64,000 nucleotides of DNA. Origin: Bacteroidales bacterium. GTDB taxonomy: Bacteria > Bacteroidota > Bacteroidia > Bacteroidales > F082. Of the stretch, positions 52,642 through 61,084 are shown in pieces. The position numbers and the translations under genes are program-made. The notes beneath the pieces were generated by a model. It ran no database searches and had not been told where the DNA came from. It saw nothing but the letters and a program-made list of their open reading frames with translations. Position 1 is the first letter of the stretch, and each line of letters opens with the position of its first letter. The stretch spans positions 39,262-103,261 of the forward strand of contig JAGBVS010000021.1 in the NCBI GenBank assembly GCA_017630195.1, in the 5' to 3' direction.

Positions 52642-52659
52642 TCTGCATCGGAAAGTGAG
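52642..52659 (+). repeat. Direct repeat R: orphan copy of the mnmE 3' end (reads LCIGK-stop)
   Basis: Exact 18-mer match to 45394-45411, with no mnmE-like sequence upstream of it. Confidence 0.9.
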
Positions 52660-52668
52660 AGATATCTT

Positions 52669-52676
52669 TATCTTTG
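52669..52676 (+). promoter_or_regulatory. -7 promoter box (TATCTTTG) for the phosphatidyltransferase gene
   Basis: TAnnTTTG match 17 nt upstream of the ATG at 52693. Confidence 0.55.
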
Positions 52677-52692
52677 CTCAATAAATTGAGTG

Positions 52693-53199
52693 ATGAGAAA
52701 ACAGATAGCGAACATAATTACAGCAAGCAGAATTTTAAGCAGTATTTGTCTATTGCTCAGTCCTGTTTTTTCCATTAGCTTTTACATCATATACATATAT
52801 TGTGGAATTACGGATATGGCAGACGGAGCAATTGCAAGGAGAACAAAATCCGACAGTGAATTGGGAGCAATATTAGACACAGTTGCCGACATTGTATTTG
52901 CAGCAGTGTGTTTTGTAAAGATACTGCCATCAATGCAATTTCCTGTTTGGTTATGGATTTGGATTGTCATTATAGCCATCATTAAAATAGGCAATTTTGT
53001 TTGGGTTTTGATTTGCAACAAAAAGCTGATATCCCTACATACCATTTTGAATAAAGCCACAGGATTTTTATTATTTCTTTTCCCCTTAACACTCGGTTTT
53101 ATTGAACCCGTCTATAGCTCTGCAGCAGTATGTCTCATGGCGACATTGTCGGCAATCGATGAGATGTGGCATATAAGGATGAGAAAAGAAGGTGTTTAG
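52693..53199 (+). CDS. CDP-alcohol phosphatidyltransferase family protein (small, PgsA-like)
   Basis: The signature D-x2-DG-x2-AR-x8-G-x3-D-x3-D is present as TDMADGAIARRTKSDSELGAILDTVAD. It is a polytopic membrane protein. Confidence 0.85.
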   Translation: MRKQIANIITASRILSSICLLLSPVFSISFYIIYIYCGITDMADGAIARRTKSDSELGAILDTVADIVFAAVCFVKILPSMQFPVWLWIWIVIIAIIKIGNFVWVLICNKKLISLHTILNKATGFLLFLFPLTLGFIEPVYSSAAVCLMATLSAIDEMWHIRMRKEGV

Positions 53200-53271
53200 T
53201 TAAAAAAGTATAAAAGTTTTTTTATCTTTTTCTTCTTTATATTGCATAATAATTCCTATTTTTGTAAGGAA

Positions 53272-53489
53272 ATGGTAAATTACAAAAAAGGATGGATAAA
53301 CCTCGAACTGCACAAAATAAGTGCTTGAGAACGTGGCATCAAACAGACTTGGCTTGCTGAACGGCTTGGCAAGAGTTTCTGTATAGTAAACTCCTACGTT
53401 TGTAATCGACGCCAACCGAGTTTAGATGTGCTATTTGAGATAGCAAATATATTAATGTAGATACAAAATATTTGATAGCAAATAAATAA
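53272..53489 (+). pseudogene. Disrupted XRE-family HTH regulator (possible former controller of the R-M operon)
   Basis: Frame from ATG 53272: MVNYKKGWINLELHKISA-TGA-ERGIKQTWLAERLGKSFCIVNSYVCNRRQPSLDVLFEIANILM-stop. The HTH core is intact, but there is an in-frame TGA at 53326-53328. The expected C-terminus (NVDTKYLIANK) is readable only after a +1 shift. A TATTTTTG box lies at 53257-53264. Confidence 0.55.
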
Positions 53490-53507
53490 AGAAACATAAT
53501 AATTAAA

Positions 53508-54533
53508 ATGGTTAATACTTTTAATATAAGTAATAGGCGTTATTTAGGAAATAAATATAAGCTCCTTGATTGGATAAAGAGTATTGTTAATGAAAACTGT
53601 ACTAATGTTCAATCGTTCTTTGATGTATTTTCTGGAACAGGTAGTGTCGCCTCTGCATTTATTGATAAAAAATTAGTGGTATGCGACTTGATGAAAAGTA
53701 ATTATTATGCTGCTTTATGTTGGTTCTCTCCTGAAAATATCGATAGAGATAAATTAGCTAGGCTTATCGAAGAATATAACGCACTCGACACAGCACTTGA
53801 AGATAATTATATGTCTCAAAACTTTTCGGAGACATATTTCGACAAGAAGACATGCCAAAAGATTGGGTATATCAGAGATGATATAGAGAAGAAACTTATG
53901 GATGGCATTGTCAATAAAAGAGAGCATGCCTGTATTATCACCTCATTGTTTTATGCAATGGATAGAATTAGCCATACATGCGGTCATTATGATTCATTTA
54001 TACGAGATGGTAGGTACGAAGGATTCTTGGAACTCAGAATGCCAGATAATGACTATCCTCTGAATGATAATAATCATATCTATTGTGCAAATAGCAATGA
54101 TATAGCTGAATTGGAAGATGTTGATATTGCATATTTGGATCCTCCTTATAATAGTCGCCAATATTGCGATGCATATCATTTGCTGGAGAATGTTGCACTT
54201 TGGACTAAACCTGAGGTATATGGCATTGCAAGAAAGATGGATCGCACTAATATGAAGAGTAAATACTGTAAAAGTATACAAGCTGCCATTGCTCTTGAAG
54301 ATCTTGTTCGAAAATTGAGATGTAGATATATCCTATTTAGTTATAATAACAACGGGAAGAAATTACAATGCAGAAGTAATGCAAAACTAACAGACGAAGA
54401 AATCATAAGAATCCTTTCCATAAGGGGAGATGTGCAAGTTTTCACTACTGAATACAAAGGCTTCGAAGCTGGATATGAAGCCAAGAACAAAGACAACCAA
54501 GAAAGACTCTTTTTATGCAGCGTAAACAAATAA
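53508..54533 (+). CDS. D12-class N6-adenine DNA methyltransferase (M1 of a type IIS system)
   Basis: RRYLGNKYKLLDWI, motif I FDVFSGTGSV, motif IV AYLDPPYNSRQY. Confidence 0.85.
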   Translation: MVNTFNISNRRYLGNKYKLLDWIKSIVNENCTNVQSFFDVFSGTGSVASAFIDKKLVVCDLMKSNYYAALCWFSPENIDRDKLARLIEEYNALDTALEDNYMSQNFSETYFDKKTCQKIGYIRDDIEKKLMDGIVNKREHACIITSLFYAMDRISHTCGHYDSFIRDGRYEGFLELRMPDNDYPLNDNNHIYCANSNDIAELEDVDIAYLDPPYNSRQYCDAYHLLENVALWTKPEVYGIARKMDRTNMKSKYCKSIQAAIALEDLVRKLRCRYILFSYNNNGKKLQCRSNAKLTDEEIIRILSIRGDVQVFTTEYKGFEAGYEAKNKDNQERLFLCSVNK

Positions 54534-55444
54534 AGAATTATATATCATCGCCATTGAATTATATCGGAGGTAAGGCTCGTATTTTAGATCAGATACTCCC
54601 CCATATGCCTTCGGATATAGATATTTTTGTTGATTTATTTTGTGGCGGATGCAATGTGGGTATGAATGTATCTGCAGATTATACTATTTATAATGATATA
54701 TCGAAGCCACTTATAAGTTTGCTAAAGGCATTTAAAAGAATGAATAACGAGACAATAATAAATAGGATCAACGCTCTCATTAATGAATTCGGTCTCAGTA
54801 AAACACGTAATCATAACTTTAAATTTTATGGTGGCGATGCTAATAAGGGAGTTTCTGCTTATAACAGAGAAAAATTTCTCTTGTTAAGAGAACGTTTTAA
54901 CTCTCATCCCAAGAAAGATAATCAATACTATATTTTATTGTATACATTGATATTATTTGGATTTAATAACCAATTAAGATTTAACGATAAAGGGGAGTTT
55001 AATCTTCCTGTTGGCAAACGAGATTTTAATACCGCAATCGAAGCAAAACTTGTTAAGTTTTTAGACGCACTTCGCATGCAGCCACATGAATTTCAGACGA
55101 AGGATTTTAGAAAATTTAATTTTGCCGATTTAACAGAGAATAGTCTTGTTTATTGCGATCCTCCGTATCTGATTACAACAGCAACATATAATGAGAAGGA
55201 TGGGTGGACGGAACAAGATGAACGAGACCTTTTCGCCATACTTGATAAACTCACAGAAAAGAGAATTAGATTCGTTCTAAGCAATGTTCTCCATCATGAA
55301 GGGAAAGAGAATTCATTACTTATAGAATGGATAGGTCAGCATAATTACAGAGTTCATAATCTGTTTATGGACTATCATTACAGTAATTATCAAAAGAAAT
55401 CAAAGAAAGCAGAATCGCAAGAGGTCTTAATAACAAATTACTAA
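54515..55444 (+). CDS. Dam-like D12-class N6-adenine DNA methyltransferase (M2)
   Basis: LNYIGGKARIL, FVDLFCGGCNVG, VYCDPPYL. The start overlaps M1 by 19 nt. Confidence 0.85.
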   Translation: MQRKQIKNYISSPLNYIGGKARILDQILPHMPSDIDIFVDLFCGGCNVGMNVSADYTIYNDISKPLISLLKAFKRMNNETIINRINALINEFGLSKTRNHNFKFYGGDANKGVSAYNREKFLLLRERFNSHPKKDNQYYILLYTLILFGFNNQLRFNDKGEFNLPVGKRDFNTAIEAKLVKFLDALRMQPHEFQTKDFRKFNFADLTENSLVYCDPPYLITTATYNEKDGWTEQDERDLFAILDKLTEKRIRFVLSNVLHHEGKENSLLIEWIGQHNYRVHNLFMDYHYSNYQKKSKKAESQEVLITNY

Positions 55445-55445
55445 C

Positions 55446-57548
55446 ATGGCTGAGTACAACAAGTTTATAGGGAAATACGAAAGAATTCCATATAGTTCGT
55501 TTGTTTGGAAATTTGGTACAACATCCTTTCGAACCCGAGAGTTTAATAGAATGACCGAATGGCAACTCCAATTACTGGATGACTTTTGGAAGAAACCAGA
55601 AAATAAAGATCAAGGTTGGGAGAAAAAATATATAGCTACTGATCAATTAGATATCTACGAAATAAAGAATAGATATTATGATTGGCTTGTTGAAAATGGT
55701 TTCACAAGAGGTGATGATAAGGTAAAGTATAAAGCTGCTCGAGAAAAAACGAGTGGATTATATGATATGGGGCTTATTAATGAAAACCATCGTCTTACAG
55801 ATGTTGGTCATAATTTATTGCAACTATCTGCCGATGGTGAGGCTTTTTTAAGAAAAACCCCATTAAACATATCTGAAGACTCTTTTCTATACCTCAAGCA
55901 ACTTCTGAAATTGAGTTCAAATGACACTGGTAATACAGTGCGCCCATTCATTGTCGTTTTGTATTTATTGTCTAAACTAGACTATTTAACTTATGAAGAG
56001 TTTAGATATCTAATGCCACTATGTACATCTTCATTCAATACTGAATATATTTTGAATTGTATTCAGGAAAATAGGGATAAAGCAAGTGGAATCGACAATA
56101 TAATTATTGACTTTTTGCTGAATAAAAGTAATTATCAAGAAGGACTTAAACGATTCATTGAAGAACCATTCTCAGAAGAATTGCTACTATCTGTTGGAAT
56201 GAACAGAAAAAGTGCCGATTATGATCGAGCATACATTCCTGTTTATCAAGAAATGTATGCTGTTTATATGTTAAATGATTCTTCGCGAATATATCCACTT
56301 TTCTTATCACTTAATAAATTGTCTACATCTATTAAGTGGAAGACAATAATGTTCAATACCAGCCTTAAAGCAGCAGTAAAAAAAGATCCAGAAGGTAGCC
56401 TAATACCGTTGCCTGCTATTATTACGCAATCAGAAGTGTCCTTCAAGGAGTTCTTCTATTTGACCATGCATCTAAATAAGGCAAAATCGATGCTTGAAGA
56501 TTATCTTGATCTGAATAGACGTTATTTAGGATTAACAAACTGCTTCATCTTTGAAGATGATCAAGTACGGCTGGATATCGTACCCAAACACTTTTTTAAT
56601 GCCGCAATCAATGAATTGTATAATCAAGCTTACGAGGAGTGTGATCTGTTGTTTGCAGATTGCACTATAGATAGTATTTGCCCTGCATTAACTTTTGATG
56701 AAAAACAAATTATCGATGGTATCAACAAAGAATTAGGAATCCATATAGATAGTATCGAAGAGGCTTACGATGAAGTTGACAAAGTTAGATACGACCGTTT
56801 TAATAAGTTAATTGACGAAAAATTTTCGGACGAAAAACTTTTAAAATTACTTAATAACTTTGACAATAGGACTGATTCTGAGATTTGTCAGATGGTGACT
56901 GATAATGCCGATATTCCTACAATATTTGAATATATACTTGGTATAATATGGTATAAAGTTAGTGGAAGAGAAGGCAAGATTCTCGACTATTTAAAATTAT
57001 CTCTTGATGCGAATCTATTACCTATAACCCACGCTGCTGGAGGGGAAGCTGATATTGTCTATGAGTATAAAGAAACAACAGATTATCCAAAACATAGTTT
57101 ACTGTTAGAAGCGACTCTTGCAGATAGTACCAATCAGCGCAGAATGGAAATGGAGCCAGTTTCAAGACATCTTGGCAATCATCTATTGAGGACTGGTAAC
57201 AGAAATAGCTATTGTGTATTTGCAACTAGTTATTTGCATATCAATGTAATTGGAGATTTCCGTATGAGAAAAATGGTAATGTATTGTGATCCACAGGATA
57301 CAAGTAAATATGTCTCGGATTTGAAAATTATGCCACTTTGCACCAATGATTTAAGATGTATTATTGAAAAGAAGATTTCATATGCTCAATTATATAAACA
57401 TTTTTGTATAGCATATGAATCTCAAGAAATGCATCCTCAGAAATGGTACGATGAATATGTCTGCATAGAGAACTCTAATCTATTCTATAATTTTGAAGAC
57501 CACCCCATGTGTATGGTTGCAGATGTAAAGGTAAAATATAATGAATAG
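55446..57548 (+). CDS. Type IIS restriction endonuclease, AlwI/BstNBI/PleI/MlyI family
   Basis: LLPITHAAGGEADIVYEY ... LLLEATLADSTNQRRMEMEPVSRH closely parallels, from memory, the catalytic region of N.BstNBI (LQPVTHAAGNQPDMEIIYE ... GEVTTSKGATQFKMESEPVTRH). The gene starts 2 nt after the M2 stop. Confidence 0.8.
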   Translation: MAEYNKFIGKYERIPYSSFVWKFGTTSFRTREFNRMTEWQLQLLDDFWKKPENKDQGWEKKYIATDQLDIYEIKNRYYDWLVENGFTRGDDKVKYKAAREKTSGLYDMGLINENHRLTDVGHNLLQLSADGEAFLRKTPLNISEDSFLYLKQLLKLSSNDTGNTVRPFIVVLYLLSKLDYLTYEEFRYLMPLCTSSFNTEYILNCIQENRDKASGIDNIIIDFLLNKSNYQEGLKRFIEEPFSEELLLSVGMNRKSADYDRAYIPVYQEMYAVYMLNDSSRIYPLFLSLNKLSTSIKWKTIMFNTSLKAAVKKDPEGSLIPLPAIITQSEVSFKEFFYLTMHLNKAKSMLEDYLDLNRRYLGLTNCFIFEDDQVRLDIVPKHFFNAAINELYNQAYEECDLLFADCTIDSICPALTFDEKQIIDGINKELGIHIDSIEEAYDEVDKVRYDRFNKLIDEKFSDEKLLKLLNNFDNRTDSEICQMVTDNADIPTIFEYILGIIWYKVSGREGKILDYLKLSLDANLLPITHAAGGEADIVYEYKETTDYPKHSLLLEATLADSTNQRRMEMEPVSRHLGNHLLRTGNRNSYCVFATSYLHINVIGDFRMRKMVMYCDPQDTSKYVSDLKIMPLCTNDLRCIIEKKISYAQLYKHFCIAYESQEMHPQKWYDEYVCIENSNLFYNFEDHPMCMVADVKVKYNE

Positions 57549-57569
57549 GAATGTTTTTTCAATATAAAC

Positions 57570-58520
57570 ATGAGTAGAATAGAAACTGCTATAAATAATC
57601 TCCTAAACCAGACAAATGGAGTTATCAATTCTCGCATTGAGGAAGTGCGATACTCTGTTGATGTACCTGAAACTAATGCAAAAGGGTATTGCTATTGCTT
57701 GAAGGTAGATGGTAATGGGAATCTAAGACTTCAAGATTTGATAGAGTATATTGATACAAGGATTGTTGATTATGCAATCCCTAAAAAAGAAATTGATGAG
57801 GCTGGAGATGATTATAATAGAACGGGGTCTACTCGTAAAATATTAGAATTACAAAAGAAGGCAGAGAATCTTTTTACAGATTTGAAGAAGACTGGCGAAG
57901 GAGGAGAAATACTATTATATATCCTTACGCAAGATATTCTTAAATTACCTCAGCTTATAAGCAAGATGTCGTTAAAAACTTCAGGTAAGTTACATTATCA
58001 AGGAGCTGATGGCATTCATTTTAAATACAATGAGACAACAAAAAATCTTGAGCTGTATTGGGCAGAGTCAAAGATGTATAAAGACTTAAATACGGCAATA
58101 ACAAGATGCTTTGAGAGTATAAAAGGGTTCTTGCTTGACCCACAAAGTTATACTTCAACACAAGAACGAGATATTGATTTAATAACCTCAAATATCCATC
58201 AAAATATAAATAATGAAGAATTAGAAAATGTTCTTCTGACATTCTTTGACAAGGATAGCGAGCTGTCTAATAATTTAGTATATAAAGGTATTTGCTTTAT
58301 AGGTTTTGATTATGATAAATATCCAACAAAGGACGATATAACAAAGACCACCAATGATATAAAGAATGCAATACTTGCTGAATATGATAATTGGCATAAT
58401 ACTCTAGGTGAAAAAATCAAAATGCATATCAACCTAGATAAGAAAGAAATACATATATTTTTAATGCCATTCCCTTCGGTAGAAGACTTTAGAAAACATT
58501 ACCTCGAAACAATAAAATAA
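57570..58520 (+). CDS. hamA: Hachiman HamA (DUF1837 nuclease-like protein)
   Basis: HYQGADGIHF...LYWAESKMY (D...ExK core of DUF1837); 316 aa, located directly upstream of a helicase with a TAATG overlap. Confidence 0.8.
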   Translation: MSRIETAINNLLNQTNGVINSRIEEVRYSVDVPETNAKGYCYCLKVDGNGNLRLQDLIEYIDTRIVDYAIPKKEIDEAGDDYNRTGSTRKILELQKKAENLFTDLKKTGEGGEILLYILTQDILKLPQLISKMSLKTSGKLHYQGADGIHFKYNETTKNLELYWAESKMYKDLNTAITRCFESIKGFLLDPQSYTSTQERDIDLITSNIHQNINNEELENVLLTFFDKDSELSNNLVYKGICFIGFDYDKYPTKDDITKTTNDIKNAILAEYDNWHNTLGEKIKMHINLDKKEIHIFLMPFPSVEDFRKHYLETIK

Positions 58521-61030
58521 TGTTAGTAGAAAAGGTATATAATTTAAATAGTTTTCAACGACAATATGAAGCGTTGCTTACATTGTCTGTGTGTGACACT
58601 ATTCCCAATCTAATTTGGAATAAAGATAAGTCAACTTTGTTATCTCTAATAGATTGGGACAATATGTTAAGTATTGCTTCTCTATTTTGCTATAGCGAAG
58701 AAAACAAATATGTTGATGCGGCCTTACGTATTGCCCAAACTTGTATTTTGCAAGAAAGTTGTACCGAGAATCAGAAAAATGCGTCTGCATTTATTTTAGA
58801 TACTTTAACTAATAAGCCGGCAATTAAACTTGCTATTACTAAGAAATATTTAAAAGAGAGCTATAAAGAGCACCTACCTTTTTCTCTAAAACTTCAACAA
58901 TGTAAGTCGGATTATGAGCACACAATTATTATCAATGAGGACATCATTACTTTAAACAGATTCCAGAAAGAGGTATATGCAGCTCACAAAAGCAACGAAA
59001 CTATTAGTATCTCGGCTCCCACATCCGCTGGAAAATCTTACATTCTTTGTACCTTAATTCTAGAGGAATTGTCCAAAGGAAATAAAAATATTGTTTATGT
59101 TGTTCCTACAAGAGCTCTTATAAGCCAAGTAGAAGCAGATTTAAGAGCATTATTAAAGCAGTATAATTTAGAGGCTCAAACAAATATTACTACCGTTCCT
59201 CCACAAGATGTGATCAATACTGAAATCTCTAATGTATATGTCTTTACACAGGAGCGTCTACACTGGTTCTTATTTGGAAATAATTCGACTAACATCGACT
59301 TGCTTATTGTTGATGAGGCTCATAAAATTGAGGATGGGAATAGAGGTATTTTACTACAACAAAAGATTGAAGATGTTGTAAAAGCCAACCCTAATGTAAA
59401 AGTCTATTTCTCAAGTCCTTTTACATCAAATCCTGAAATATTATTAGATAATGTTATAAATAATAGCCGAAAATGCAAGGTCAATACGCAATTTGTATCA
59501 GTAAATCAGAACTTATTGCATATATCGCAAGTACCACGAAAAATTAAAGAATGGCTCATTCATTTATGTACGATTGAAAAAACTATTTTATTGGGCAAAA
59601 TAGTTATGACCGATCGTCCCACTTCTGAATTACATAAGATTGTTCACACTGCATATCAAACATCAAACAAGGGTGGTTGTTTAATATATAGCAATGGTGC
59701 GGCAGAGGCTGAAAAAACAGCTATCTTATTGTCTAATTTATTGACTGACATCAAAAATACCCCAGAGATTATAGATCTTATTAAATTAGTTAAAAAGACA
59801 ATTCATAAAGATTATGTTTTAGCAACAGTGTTACGTAAAGGCATAGCTTTTCATTACGGAAATATGCCATTGCTAATAAGGGAGGAGATAGAGAGACTTT
59901 TTTCTATTGGCAAAATAGATTATTTAGTTTGTACATCCACTTTGTTGGAAGGAGTGAATCTCCCCGCAAAATCAATCATTATCCGAAAACCAACAAGAGG
60001 TAAAGGTAAGCCTCTTAATCAAAATGATTTTTGGAATTTAGCAGGTAGAGCAGGAAGATGGGGAAAAGAGTATAGTGGCAATATATTTTGTATTGCACCT
60101 TCTGACTGGGATGTTCAGCCAGAGCCGAATAAAACGAAGCAGGAAATCAAAAGAGCAATTAATACTATTGAAAATAATGGAGATGAATTATTAGAATATA
60201 TTCAGAATGAGTCTCCTAGGAAGGTTGCTGAAAGTAGACAAGATTTAGAATCTGCATTGGGGTATTTTTATATAAAACATATTATAGATAAAGAAGAATT
60301 TCCATCCGACTCCTTTTATGTAAAATTAATGCAAAAACTCAAAAATATTAACACTAAAATAACATTACCTAGTTCAATACTTAAGAAGAATCCTGGGATA
60401 TCACCTTTGGCACAGCAAACCTTGTTTAATTATTTCAATAGTCACATAAATACAATAGAAGAGTTAATACCTGTTTACCCTAATGATAGCAATGCATTTG
60501 ATGAATACACAAAACTTGTAGGTATTATAGGTCAAACGATATCATGTTATCCTGATGAATTAAATGCAGCAAGAGCGATCTTATTGATTAATTGGATGTC
60601 TGGCAAGCCATTATCATATCTTATTGATAAAAGTTTTAAATCTTATCAAAAGAATGGATACAATAAACCATTACCAGTAGTTATTAGGGAGGTAATGGAA
60701 AATGTTGAGAATTTCGTAAGATTTAAATTTGCAAAAGACTCTTGTTGCTATGTTGATATTCTACGATATGTGCTTGAACTAAATGGTAAACAAGATTTAA
60801 TAGATAATATTCCTCAATTAAGTTTATGGCTAGAGTTTGGTGTTTCACAAAAGACCCACCTCTCATTATTGGCTCTCGGGTTAAGCCGTAATACCGTACT
60901 AGAATTAGCGCAACTAACGGTTTCGACAGAGAAATCAATTGAAGAGTGCTTAACTTGGCTGAGGTCGTTAAATCTTGAAGAATTAGATTTATCACCGATA
61001 ATAATTAATGATATAAAAAAGGTTTTGTAG
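58520..61030 (+). CDS. hamB: Hachiman HamB (DEAD/DEAH-box SF2 helicase)
   Basis: Walker A SAPTSAGKSY, LIVDEAHKI (DEAH), helicase C motifs CTSTLLEGVNLPA and AGRAGR; 836 aa. Confidence 0.85.
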   Translation: MLVEKVYNLNSFQRQYEALLTLSVCDTIPNLIWNKDKSTLLSLIDWDNMLSIASLFCYSEENKYVDAALRIAQTCILQESCTENQKNASAFILDTLTNKPAIKLAITKKYLKESYKEHLPFSLKLQQCKSDYEHTIIINEDIITLNRFQKEVYAAHKSNETISISAPTSAGKSYILCTLILEELSKGNKNIVYVVPTRALISQVEADLRALLKQYNLEAQTNITTVPPQDVINTEISNVYVFTQERLHWFLFGNNSTNIDLLIVDEAHKIEDGNRGILLQQKIEDVVKANPNVKVYFSSPFTSNPEILLDNVINNSRKCKVNTQFVSVNQNLLHISQVPRKIKEWLIHLCTIEKTILLGKIVMTDRPTSELHKIVHTAYQTSNKGGCLIYSNGAAEAEKTAILLSNLLTDIKNTPEIIDLIKLVKKTIHKDYVLATVLRKGIAFHYGNMPLLIREEIERLFSIGKIDYLVCTSTLLEGVNLPAKSIIIRKPTRGKGKPLNQNDFWNLAGRAGRWGKEYSGNIFCIAPSDWDVQPEPNKTKQEIKRAINTIENNGDELLEYIQNESPRKVAESRQDLESALGYFYIKHIIDKEEFPSDSFYVKLMQKLKNINTKITLPSSILKKNPGISPLAQQTLFNYFNSHINTIEELIPVYPNDSNAFDEYTKLVGIIGQTISCYPDELNAARAILLINWMSGKPLSYLIDKSFKSYQKNGYNKPLPVVIREVMENVENFVRFKFAKDSCCYVDILRYVLELNGKQDLIDNIPQLSLWLEFGVSQKTHLSLLALGLSRNTVLELAQLTVSTEKSIEECLTWLRSLNLEELDLSPIIINDIKKVL

Positions 61031-61084
61031 TTACTATTATAAAGCACCTTTAGCATGCAACTTATAAAATTATAATGAATACAA

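Noticed and set aside
53200-53415. 71-aa minus-strand ORF
   Set aside because: It is antisense to the clearly recognisable, though disrupted, XRE HTH coding sequence.
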